Source of the DNA: Candidatus Latescibacterota bacterium
Lineage (GTDB): Bacteria > Latescibacterota > UBA2968 > GCA-2709665
Length of the DNA stretch: 64,000 nt
Direction: 5' to 3'
Assembly: GCA_965248435.1 (NCBI GenBank)
Contig: OZ252100.1
Location: 4,608,001-4,672,000 of the forward strand
A model generated the notes under the pieces. It saw only the letters and a program-made list of their open reading frames with translations, ran no database searches and had not been told where the DNA came from. The position numbers and the translations under genes are program-made. This document shows positions 1-8,595 of the stretch, piece after piece; the first letter of the stretch is position 1, and each line of letters starts with the position of its first letter.

Positions 1-243
1 CTCGTAGACCAGAGAGGATCCGGGACCTTCGATCTGTTCCCAGGCACCATCATCCATCAACGGATACCGGACCTTCACTTCAGCCTGCTTGCCGTCTGTC
101 TGGAGATCGCCATCCATCTCCAACTTATACCCGCTCGGCTGTGTGACCGTCACCCGGGCAGTGAGCTTTTCCCAGTGTCTCGGGTTGCCTGGCAGGTGAA
201 GTTTGAGCACCTGTGTCATATAGTCGGCTTGAGTGACTTGCAT
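1..243 (-). CDS. hypothetical protein, partial (runs off window start)
   Basis: Manual translation from ATG at 243 gives MQVTQADYMTQVLKLHLPGNPRHWEKLTARVTV... open to base 1; GGAGG upstream; follows the RelA/SpoT gene on the same strand. Confidence 0.6.
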   Translation of the reverse strand, partial: MQVTQADYMTQVLKLHLPGNPRHWEKLTARVTVTQPSGYKLEMDGDLQTDGKQAEVKVRYPLMDDGAWEQIEGPGSSLVYE

Positions 244-272
244 CGGGAGCCTCCATAGCCTAGCGGCGTGGT

Positions 273-1724
273 TTATTCGAACATCAGGCCTTCGGATGAT
301 TCGGTGCGGCTTAGATGCCTTCGAATCAGTCGCCGGGCCCTGTAGGTCTTGACGTATCGCAGCCAGTGCTTCTTGGGCACCTGCGCTTTGGAAGATTTGA
401 TTTCTACCGTGTCCCCCCAGCTCAACGCGGAGAAAGGTGAGGTCCACTTCCCATTCACATTGCCTCCCTTGCAGTGCAGGCCAAGGTCGGTGTGCACGGC
501 GAACGCGAAGTCCATCAGGGTGGCGCCTTCGGGGAGGATGATCGGGTCCCCCTCGGGCGTAAAGACGGCGATCTCTTGGACGAAGAGGATACGCTTGATC
601 TCCCTCAAGAAACGGTCCTCCGGGGCAACATACTGCTGCCAATCGGAGAGCTCCTGGAGCCATCGTTCGCGGCGTTCTTCCTGAAGTCGATCTCCGCTCA
701 ATGTGGCCACGCCGAGCTCGCCCAGACGGTACATGGACGGCGTCTGGATGTGGATCTCGAACCGCGTGCCCCGATGCAGAACCATTGTATGGAGCGCCTG
801 ATATCGATTCCGCTTAGGAAGGGCGATGAAATCCTTGAAGAATTCCATGTCCGGAACGAAATGGCCGTGGATAACCCCAAGGACACGGTAGCAGGCATCG
901 CGATTGGATACGATGAGACGGATCGAGTACCGGTCGTGAATCTCGATGATCGGGACCTTGCTCCCCGTGACTTTTCGATAGATGCTCGTCAGACTCTTTA
1001 CCTGTAAGGCCGCTCGGGTCCGAATTCCCTGATCGCCTACGACCTTCTCGAGCTCCCGCCGGAAATCCGCGAAGTGGTGGGGTGGGTCCGTATCCATAGC
1101 CTCTACGAGCTCACCGTAGACCTGAGGCTCCAGGCAGCTCAGACTTAGATCCTCCAGCTCACGTCGGATCCGCCCCATTCCGAGGAGGTGAGACAGCGGG
1201 GCATAGATGTCCGCCGTCTCCTGGGCGATACGGTTACGACGCCTGGGCTCCTTCAGGCCGCCGATGCTGCGCATGTTGTGCACGCGGTCTGCTAGCTTGA
1301 GGATCAGGACGCGGGGGTCTTCGCGGGCCGCCGTGAAGAGTGCTTGCAGTGTTGCGGCGCGCCTGGCGGCGCGGCCGCGGGTTCGTGCACCTTCTTTCGT
1401 GACTCCCTTTACAAGATCGGCCACGGCAGGACCGAAGGCGGGCGCGATATCATCCAGACTGAGCGCAGTGTCTTCAACAGCATCGTGAAGCAGCGCCGCC
1501 ACAATCATCTCCATGTCTTTTGAGAATCCGAGCTCTGACGCCAGGATCAGGGCGACCCCGATGGGGTGCGTGATGTAAGGCTGCCCTTCATCCCTGCTCT
1601 GCCCTTCGTGGCTGGCGCTGGCGATGTGGTAGGCCTGGCCTACCAGCGGGTGACCGGCCTGCGGCACACGCGCGAGCAGTTTCTGCAGGGGTTCCCTGAT
1701 TGCTGATCTTCCTGCGGAATCCAA
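273..1724 (-). CDS. RelA/SpoT (RSH) family protein, HD hydrolase + degenerate synthetase + TGS, no ACT domain
   Basis: HEGQSRDEGQPYITHP, LLHDAVEDT, KLADRVHNMR hydrolase motifs; KDFIALPKRNRYQALHT synthetase-like segment; VFTPEG..LPEGATLMDFAFAVHTDLG TGS. Confidence 0.9.
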   Translation of the reverse strand: MDSAGRSAIREPLQKLLARVPQAGHPLVGQAYHIASASHEGQSRDEGQPYITHPIGVALILASELGFSKDMEMIVAALLHDAVEDTALSLDDIAPAFGPAVADLVKGVTKEGARTRGRAARRAATLQALFTAAREDPRVLILKLADRVHNMRSIGGLKEPRRRNRIAQETADIYAPLSHLLGMGRIRRELEDLSLSCLEPQVYGELVEAMDTDPPHHFADFRRELEKVVGDQGIRTRAALQVKSLTSIYRKVTGSKVPIIEIHDRYSIRLIVSNRDACYRVLGVIHGHFVPDMEFFKDFIALPKRNRYQALHTMVLHRGTRFEIHIQTPSMYRLGELGVATLSGDRLQEERRERWLQELSDWQQYVAPEDRFLREIKRILFVQEIAVFTPEGDPIILPEGATLMDFAFAVHTDLGLHCKGGNVNGKWTSPFSALSWGDTVEIKSSKAQVPKKHWLRYVKTYRARRLIRRHLSRTESSEGLMFE

Positions 1725-1745
1725 AGATGGGTCTCCAACGAAGTT

Positions 1746-4610
1746 TTAGCCTATTTCGGGTTCGCTCGCTCCGTTCGTCTTCACAAACCAGTCTCGAATC
1801 TTGTGGATCATCTCCAGCCTGGAATCGAAGATGTGATGTCCGACAGGCAGGGATTCGAGGAAGGCGCGTCCGTAGCCAGTGCTGAGCACGCGGCTGTCCA
1901 GGATGAGGACCGCGCCACGATCCGTCCGGTTTCGGATCAGTCTACCGAAACCCTGTCTGAACTTCAAGATGGCTTCCGGAACGGAGTAGTTCAAGAAAGG
2001 GTCTTTGCCCTGTTTTTCCAATTCCTCCATCTGAGCCGCCACGAGCGGTTCGGTGGGCACTGCGAAGGGCAGTCTGGCGATGCCAAGGATTTCCAGAGTT
2101 TCTCCAGGGAGATCGATCCCCTCCCAGAAGCTATCCGTGCCCAAAAGCACCGCCTGTCCGTTCAGCCTGAACCGCTCCGTGATGTTGGTGGGCGATCCAT
2201 CGATACCCTGGCCCAGCAGGAGGATGCCTTCCGATTGGAGATCCGGCTTGATGGCATTGTAGGTGCGATTCAACATGCCGTATGAGGTGAAGAGGATCAT
2301 CGTGCTCCTCTGAACACCCAGCGCGAGATCCCGAGAAAGGGCTTCGACCGATTCCTGATACTCGGCGGATTTGGGGGACGGGATGAAGGTGGGCGCACAT
2401 ACGAGGGCCTGCGCCTCGTAGTCGAATGGAGAGCCCAGGCAAAGCAAGCTCACGTGATCTTCCGGAAGCAGGTCCAGGCCCATCCGCCGGACGAAGTAGT
2501 CCAGTTTCCCGCGAATGCCGAGGGTGGCCGACGTAAAGACGATGGTCTGCATGCCTTCATACAAGGTTTCCACGAGACGATCGGACACTTTCAGGGGAAC
2601 GCCGAAGATGCGGGTGTCGGTGCTGTTTTCGCGTGTCGGGAGCTCCATCCAGTAGACTGTCATTTCATCGCTCGCCGTTGTGAGGAAGCCCAGGTCGAAG
2701 AGGATCTCATCGCATTCCTCAGTCCTGCCCTCCAGTTCTCCACGGAGGTCGTCCCGGTTCGGAAAGGCATCTTCAGAGAGATCCCGAAGCCATCCGGACA
2801 GGGACTTGAGCCGATCCACCAGCTCGTGAAGGGCCGCTTCGAACGTCTGGCACTCTTCACTTACGGCATCGAACGTAGACTCTCCTGGCCGGTAACGGAA
2901 CTTTTCCGTGTACGGGCCGTTGTCCTTCCCCTGCCTCTGGCGAACCACCTGGGTGAGGGCCTCGAAGAATGACTGAGTCTTCTGCCATAGCGCCTCCGCC
3001 GATTCGCTGGCGGACCGAATCCCGGTATCGAAGGCCTTCAACGTGGCTGTGTCCACGCGTGCGAAGGAGAGCCAGTGCTGGAGCGCGGGTAGGGTCCCGG
3101 CGCTGATCGCCCCGGAGCTCCTGAGCTGGTCAGTCAAGTTCTTCACCCGCCAGGTGTTCAGCTCCCTTCCGAGGAAGTGTGAGGCGACCCTTTCGATATG
3201 ATGGGCCTCGTCCAGGATGAGGTGCTGGTAGTCTCCCAGGATGCCCTTCTGGGTGCTGAGGTCTGAGAAGAGGAGCGCGTGGTTTACGACGACGACGTGC
3301 GCCTTTTGTGCCGCTTTTCGGATGTTGTTCGCAAAACAGAGCGAGTTGGTCCGGCAGCGCTGGCTTCGGCAGTGTCCGCTGTCGGAACAAATCTTCGCCC
3401 AGAGGCCGGCCGAACGCTGCCTGTTGAAGCCGGTGTTTTCAGTGATGTCCCCGGTCGACGTCTCGTTTGCCCAGATGACGAGGGGGAGCGCGGCGATCCG
3501 TTCCTCTTCTGTGAAGACCGATGCCGGATTCTGCAGGGCGGTCTTCCAACGGTTGAGACAGATATAGTTGTTGCGTCCCTTCAGGATGGCGTAGCGGAAG
3601 GAGACGTTCAGAAGGGCTTCCAGATCCGGCAGGTCTTTGAAAAAGAGCTGATCCTGAAGGTTTCGGGTGTTCGTGGAGATGATGACCCGCGAGCGGTTCT
3701 GAACGGCGTGAAGCACGGCCGGTACCAGGTAGGCCATCGATTTCCCAATCCCGGTGCCCGCCTCGACGGCGAGGAACTGAGCGCCGTTAAAGGCCTCCGC
3801 CACGCCTCGGGACATCTGGGTCTGTTCCGTACGGACTTCGTACCCTTCCATCCCAGCTTCGAAGATGCCGCCTTCAGCGAAGATCTGCCCGATCGCCTCG
3901 ACATCCAGGGGCTGCCCGGGTTCGTCCGTCGTCTGGATCTCTTCCCCGACAAGGTTCACGGGCGGACGACCGTCATCGGTTGCGGTTCGATCGTGCGCGC
4001 GCCTTGCGGGAAGTTCGGATTCGTTGTTCAGGTCCAACAGGATAGGGAGGAGGTCGGACCGCGTCCCGAGGAGGAGTTGGAGCAGCTGCTCTTTAACGTT
4101 TTGGGGGGTATCCTGAAGGGCTTCGACAGTCCCCAGATAGACGGCCGCCACCTCTGATGCGTCTCGCAGTGCTTTGTGGGGGCCTTCACCCTTCACGTTG
4201 AATCGGGAGGCCAGTGTTTCCAGTCGATGATCGGGCAGTCGAGGGAAGGAAGCGCGAGCCAGGTTTCTGACGCTGTGGATCCGCCCGAATCTATCGGACG
4301 AGAAGGCGCCGAGAAATCGCTCCTCGAACCGTCCGTGAAACGCGATGACGGGTGCTGCGGCGACGAATATCTGGAGCGATGCCAGGACCGAATTCACGTC
4401 GGGCGCACCGCTCACCTGAGCTTCTGTGATTCCGGTGAACCGGGTGGAGACATCCGAAATCCCCTTCGACGGCTTCACGAAGCTGTGGAAATGTTCGGCC
4501 ATCCGCCCGTTTTTGACCTGGACAGCACCCACCTCGAGGATTTCGGAGTCTTTCGGGTTCAGTCCAGACGTCTCGATGTCCAGCGCGATGAAGGTGTTCA
4601 GGATCGACAT
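1746..4610 (-). CDS. dinG: DnaQ-like exonuclease fused to DinG family helicase
   Basis: N-terminal ALDIETSG...HKALRDA exonuclease; EAGTGIGKS Walker A, DEAH, SATL, FWEGIDLPG, QGFGRLIR helicase motifs. Confidence 0.9.
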   Translation of the reverse strand: MSILNTFIALDIETSGLNPKDSEILEVGAVQVKNGRMAEHFHSFVKPSKGISDVSTRFTGITEAQVSGAPDVNSVLASLQIFVAAAPVIAFHGRFEERFLGAFSSDRFGRIHSVRNLARASFPRLPDHRLETLASRFNVKGEGPHKALRDASEVAAVYLGTVEALQDTPQNVKEQLLQLLLGTRSDLLPILLDLNNESELPARRAHDRTATDDGRPPVNLVGEEIQTTDEPGQPLDVEAIGQIFAEGGIFEAGMEGYEVRTEQTQMSRGVAEAFNGAQFLAVEAGTGIGKSMAYLVPAVLHAVQNRSRVIISTNTRNLQDQLFFKDLPDLEALLNVSFRYAILKGRNNYICLNRWKTALQNPASVFTEEERIAALPLVIWANETSTGDITENTGFNRQRSAGLWAKICSDSGHCRSQRCRTNSLCFANNIRKAAQKAHVVVVNHALLFSDLSTQKGILGDYQHLILDEAHHIERVASHFLGRELNTWRVKNLTDQLRSSGAISAGTLPALQHWLSFARVDTATLKAFDTGIRSASESAEALWQKTQSFFEALTQVVRQRQGKDNGPYTEKFRYRPGESTFDAVSEECQTFEAALHELVDRLKSLSGWLRDLSEDAFPNRDDLRGELEGRTEECDEILFDLGFLTTASDEMTVYWMELPTRENSTDTRIFGVPLKVSDRLVETLYEGMQTIVFTSATLGIRGKLDYFVRRMGLDLLPEDHVSLLCLGSPFDYEAQALVCAPTFIPSPKSAEYQESVEALSRDLALGVQRSTMILFTSYGMLNRTYNAIKPDLQSEGILLLGQGIDGSPTNITERFRLNGQAVLLGTDSFWEGIDLPGETLEILGIARLPFAVPTEPLVAAQMEELEKQGKDPFLNYSVPEAILKFRQGFGRLIRNRTDRGAVLILDSRVLSTGYGRAFLESLPVGHHIFDSRLEMIHKIRDWFVKTNGASEPEIG

Positions 4611-4633
4611 TGGTCCACGATTTCAATCAGGAT

Positions 4634-4662
4634 TTGACAACGTGAAAGAGATATCCTATCAT
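4634..4662 (+). promoter_or_regulatory. sigma70-type promoter for the small ORF at 4710
   Basis: TTGACA (4634-4639), 17-bp spacer, TATCAT (4657-4662). Confidence 0.6.
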
Positions 4663-4709
4663 ATTCGATCGTTGAATTGAAGGCCCCATCTCACCTGTGG
4701 AGGATGAAT

Positions 4710-4901
4710 ATGCCCAAAGATAAGGCCACTTTCGAGCTTGAGCTGGAAAAACATCAGATGACTTTCCTGGAAGAGATGGCACAGAATTATGGTCTGGAAG
4801 GTGCCTCGAAAGCGGCACGGTGTCTGGTCAACTTCGTGATTGAGGAAGAGGCGGAACGTGACCGCGTCTTCAGCGAGATCCGGTGTCTGGACTGCGGGTG
4901 A
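4710..4901 (+). CDS. small hypothetical protein with C-terminal CxxC
   Basis: GGAGG RBS at 4699-4703, upstream promoter, downstream hairpin; MPKDKATFELEL...EIRCLDCG. Confidence 0.7.
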   Translation: MPKDKATFELELEKHQMTFLEEMAQNYGLEGASKAARCLVNFVIEEEAERDRVFSEIRCLDCG

Positions 4902-4926
4902 AATCGGATTCAAAACGTTGTTTTGA

Positions 4927-4956
4927 AGCCGACCGGTGACCGCTCGCCGGTCGGCT
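4927..4956 (+). terminator. GC-rich hairpin, probable terminator
   Basis: AGCCGACCGGTGA-ccgc-TCGCCGGTCGGCT inverted repeat directly after the ORF. Confidence 0.5.
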
Positions 4957-5242
4957 ATCCGTTTCTGGCGGGTTTGAAAAAATTATACGCTAGCACCGGG
5001 TGAATTTCAAGGCATAAAGACCGGGTACCGGGGTACGGCAGATCGGCTACAGAGACCTGACGGTTTTGGGGCGACGCAGGCGTCGCCCCGGGAAAGCAAA
5101 AGACGGGTACCGTAAACCCCGTGGATCGTTCGTCGGTCGAAGAACGCGCCGCCGTATGCGTGAATCTTGTGTTCGTCCGGATAAGTACCTCGGTCGCCTG
5201 GCGGTTTGGTCGCTTAGAAAAAATGCAACTGTGGAACCCATC

Positions 5243-5301
5243 TGCGCGGGAATGAATTCCCGCGCTGGGTAATCGCAAAGTCCGCCTCTGCGGCGGACTC
5301 A
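5243..5301. repeat. REP-like element, copy 1
   Basis: GCGGGAATGAATTCCCGCGCTGG..CGCAAAGTCCGCC..GGCGGACTC; near-identical copy at 14313-14368. Confidence 0.7.
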
Positions 5302-5401
5302 GGCCAACGCATCCTACGTAGGATAGACCTGAAAGGGACGGTACGCCGTTTCCGTCCGCCCTGAATCGCCGCGAGATACGAGATACGCTGACTGAAGGAG
5401 G

Positions 5402-6424
5402 ATGATTGTGAAGGCCTTGATCTATCTGGGAAACGAAACAGTCGAGCTCCAGGAGATCGACCGGTCCCGGCGGGCAGATAATGAGGTCGTCATCCGGGTC
5501 GCACACGCCGGGATCTGCGGTACGGACCTGCATATCTTTCTCGGAGACATGACACAGCGCGTGACGCCTCCGCACGTGATGGGTCACGAGATGTGCGGTG
5601 AAGTGGCGGAGGCGCCGCCGGATTCGGATGTGTCGGTGGGCGACCGGGTGATTGTGGAGCCGACGGTCTTCTGCGGACGTTGCCCGGCGTGCCGTCGTGG
5701 ACATACACACGTCTGCCAGAACCTGAATTTCATGGGGTGCGACAGCCCCGGCGCCTTCCAGGAGTACTGGGCCGTTCCCGCCGATCGCCTTCACAAGGTG
5801 CCGGACTCGCTGAGCGATGAAGAAGGCGCGATGATCGAGCCGCTGACCGTCGCCGTTCACGACGTGCGTCGCGTGGGTGTGACGCTGGGGGACCGCGCCG
5901 TGGTGATCGGGGGCGGTCCGATCGGCCTGCTCGTGGCCATGATGGCCCGCCTTGACGGCGCGGAGGTGATCATCTCGGAAGTCAATCCGTTCCGGGTTGA
6001 GCAAGCAGAGGCTTTCGGGTTCCGCGCGGTGAATCCTCAAGGGGAGGACCTTTCGCAGATCGTCGATGATTGGACAGGGGGCGCGGGGGCCGACCTGGTG
6101 TTCGAGGTGAGCGGGAGCGCAGGAGGAGCACGCGTGATGACAGATCTCGTGCGCGTGAGGGGGACGATCGGTCTCGTGGGTGTTCACGCAACGCCTCCTC
6201 CAGTGGATCTGCATCAGTTCTTCTTTCGGGAGCTTTCGCTCGTGGCGTGCAGGGTCTATGAACCGGTGGATTTCGATCGGGCGATTCGGATCGCCGCTTC
6301 CGGACAGATCGACCTCAAGGCGATGATATCGAAGGTGATCCCACTGGCGGATGCCCAGTGGGGGTTTGAAGAGATGAAAAACGGCGGCGATGTGATGAAG
6401 GTGCTGCTGGATTGTCGGGCATGA
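5402..6424 (+). CDS. Zn-dependent sugar/alcohol dehydrogenase (MDR family)
   Basis: GICGTDLH, GHEMCG, CGRCPACRRG..C structural Zn site, GGGPIG NAD-binding. Confidence 0.9.
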   Translation: MIVKALIYLGNETVELQEIDRSRRADNEVVIRVAHAGICGTDLHIFLGDMTQRVTPPHVMGHEMCGEVAEAPPDSDVSVGDRVIVEPTVFCGRCPACRRGHTHVCQNLNFMGCDSPGAFQEYWAVPADRLHKVPDSLSDEEGAMIEPLTVAVHDVRRVGVTLGDRAVVIGGGPIGLLVAMMARLDGAEVIISEVNPFRVEQAEAFGFRAVNPQGEDLSQIVDDWTGGAGADLVFEVSGSAGGARVMTDLVRVRGTIGLVGVHATPPPVDLHQFFFRELSLVACRVYEPVDFDRAIRIAASGQIDLKAMISKVIPLADAQWGFEEMKNGGDVMKVLLDCRA

Positions 6425-7236
6425 GGCGGACCCCACCGGGGTCGGCAAGTAGACGCGGCCAACGTATCCCGATCCTCGTTTACCATCACGTTTACCCCGA
6501 AAAAACACCTGAGCTCGAATCGTCTTCGGAGACGGGCGCCGCCGGCATCATCGGTGAAGAGGAGTTCAGGCGACAGATCGGGTACGTGGCGGACGAGGGT
6601 TGGGACGCAGTGTCGACGACGAAGGTCGTCGATTGGATTGGGGTAGGCACGCCGATGCGGGGAAAAGTGGTCGCGTTTCACTTCGACAACGGATGGCTCG
6701 ACACGGCCACCGTTGCCCTGCCGATCTTGCAGGAGTTCGGGATGACGGCTACCTGCTTTCCGATCACGAACGGCGTCGAGGCGGCGTCGGAGAACAGATC
6801 GATCTCGACGCGTACGCTGACCGAAGGCGTGATCGAAAAGCCGTTCATGACCTGGGACCAGGTAGGGGAACTGGCGGAAGCGGGTTGGGAGATCGGGGCT
6901 CACACCGCTACGCACTGCAAGGTTGCCGAAAAGCACGCTGCTGAGGGAGACGATGGCGTGACCTGGGAGGCAGAGACTTCGAACGAACGGTTCAAGCGAC
7001 GTCTTGGCTTCGTGCCCGATCACTTCGCCTACCCCAGCGGGTCCCGCAACGACCGCACGGATGCGCTGCTTACGCGCTATTACAGGTCACTTCGCCTATG
7101 GCGTTTTGAGTGGCCGATTCGCTGGATGTTCACAGACCGCAGCGTTTCCCTTCTGGCCCTCGAATGCCAGAACGTCGACAGCCGCGTTCCGTTCGAAGAT
7201 TTCAAGCGCATCTTCAGCGAAGCCCTGGCGAGTTGA
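6421..7236 (+). CDS. polysaccharide deacetylase (NodB/CE4) family protein
   Basis: IPILVYHHV, FHFDNGW, MTWDQV..L...GWEIGAHTATH, FAYPSG; ATGA overlap with the upstream stop. Confidence 0.85.
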   Translation: MRRTPPGSASRRGQRIPILVYHHVYPEKTPELESSSETGAAGIIGEEEFRRQIGYVADEGWDAVSTTKVVDWIGVGTPMRGKVVAFHFDNGWLDTATVALPILQEFGMTATCFPITNGVEAASENRSISTRTLTEGVIEKPFMTWDQVGELAEAGWEIGAHTATHCKVAEKHAAEGDDGVTWEAETSNERFKRRLGFVPDHFAYPSGSRNDRTDALLTRYYRSLRLWRFEWPIRWMFTDRSVSLLALECQNVDSRVPFEDFKRIFSEALAS

Positions 7237-7245
7237 TCCGGTCCC

Positions 7246-7329
7246 TGCAGGGTGTATGAACCCGTGGATTTTGACCGCGCGACTCGGATTGCCACCTCGG
7301 GACAGATCGACCTCAAGGCGATGATATCG
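7246..7329 (+). pseudogene. 84-bp diverged duplicate of a 3' segment of the upstream dehydrogenase
   Basis: Encodes CRVYEPVDFDRATRIATSGQIDLKAMIS versus CRVYEPVDFDRAIRIAASGQIDLKAMIS at 6248-6331. Confidence 0.85.
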
Positions 7330-7334
7330 CATAG

Positions 7335-7460
7335 GGCGGACGGCGGACGACAGACCGCAGACCGCGGGATGAACAGAGTGATATTTCACGTTTTTTAGCC
7401 GTCTGTGGTCCGTGGACTACGGTCATGGATAGATGCTTTTTACTCACGGCCGCGGTCCGT
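7335..7460 (+). repeat. ~130-bp dispersed MITE/REP-like element, copy 1
   Basis: Matches the reverse complement of 60546-60678 (GACCGCAGACCGC.GGATGAA.AG.GTGATAT..GTTTTTT.GCCGTCTGTGGTCCGT..CGGTCA.GGATAG). Confidence 0.75.
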
Positions 7461-7531
7461 TGTCCGCGGTCGGCGGTCAAGGGTAGCTTCTTTTCACGTT
7501 ACAGCCGCGGTCAGCTCCTGAGGAGCGCTGA

Positions 7532-8302
7532 ATGTCATCGATTCTGGACAAGTTTCGTTTAGACGGTAAGACGGCCCTGGTGACCGGCGCGAGTTTCGGT
7601 CTGGGACGCGCCATGGCCGAGGGGCTCGCTGAGGCGGGCGCGGACGTCGTGGTGGTGAGCCGGAATCTCGAGAATCTTCAGGAGGTGCGGAAGACGATTC
7701 AGGGGTTGGGTCGCCGGTGCGAGGGGATCGCCTGCGATGTGGGTGACGCCGACGAGATCCGCTCGATGGTGGCTCAGGCGAAATCGGTCACCGGCCAGAT
7801 CGACATCGCCGTCAACAACGCCGGGACGATGTTTCGCTCGCCCGCCGAGGCATTCCCTGAGGAGGAGTGGCGCCGCGTCATCGACGTGAACATGCACGGC
7901 GTCTGGTTCTGCTGTCAGGAGACGGGAAGGTTGATGATCGAACAGGGGAGCGGAAAGATCATCAACACGGCTTCGCTTTTGAGTTTTCAGGGAGGGTTCA
8001 CCGTTTCGGCCTACGCGGCGGCCAAGGGTGCAGTCTCGTCGCTTACGATGGCGCTTTCAAACGAATGGGCCCAATATAATGTACAGGTGAATGCCGTTGC
8101 CCCCGGTTACTTCGCGACCGAGATGACCAAACCGCTGAGGGAAGACGCCATAAGGACAAAATCGATTCTGGACCGGATTCCGGCCGGCAGGTATGGAGAT
8201 CCCGCCGACCTCAAGGGGGCCGTTGTCTACCTGGCTTCGGCGGCATCCGATTATGTATCGGGCCATCTGCTGGTCGTCGACGGGGGATGGATGGGTCGTT
8301 GA
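7532..8302 (+). CDS. SDR oxidoreductase, KduD/gluconate 5-dehydrogenase-like
   Basis: TGASFGLG, NNAG, ASLLSFQGG, YAAAKG, NEWA..VNAVAPGYFAT, VDGGWMGR. Confidence 0.85.
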   Translation: MSSILDKFRLDGKTALVTGASFGLGRAMAEGLAEAGADVVVVSRNLENLQEVRKTIQGLGRRCEGIACDVGDADEIRSMVAQAKSVTGQIDIAVNNAGTMFRSPAEAFPEEEWRRVIDVNMHGVWFCCQETGRLMIEQGSGKIINTASLLSFQGGFTVSAYAAAKGAVSSLTMALSNEWAQYNVQVNAVAPGYFATEMTKPLREDAIRTKSILDRIPAGRYGDPADLKGAVVYLASAASDYVSGHLLVVDGGWMGR

Positions 8303-8362
8303 CGCTTGTCAATCGGCTCGATTCGCGTAACTTTTTTCAGTCGAACAAGGAAGTGATCTGAA

Positions 8363-8587
8363 ATGGCGGAATTCTCGAGCCTCGGAAAGATCTTGATGAT
8401 CGTCGGCGGCACACTCTTTTTGATCGGAGTGCTCGTCTTCTGGGGCCACAAGATTCCATTATTGGGACGCCTTCCCGGAGACATCTTCATCCAGCGTAAG
8501 GGATTCAGTTTCTACTTTCCTGTCGTGACCTGCGTTGTCCTGAGCATCCTGGCTACGCTCATCCTGAATATCATCTCTCGCAAGTAG
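8363..8587 (+). CDS. DUF2905 family small membrane protein
   Basis: LGRLPGDIFI...FYFPVVTCVVLS signature; typical position upstream of queA. Confidence 0.85.
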   Translation: MAEFSSLGKILMIVGGTLFLIGVLVFWGHKIPLLGRLPGDIFIQRKGFSFYFPVVTCVVLSILATLILNIISRK

Positions 8588-8595
8588 ACCTCCGC

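Noticed and set aside
4955-6508. 517-aa minus-strand ORF
   Set aside because: Antisense shadow of the Zn-dehydrogenase plus REP DNA; no motifs
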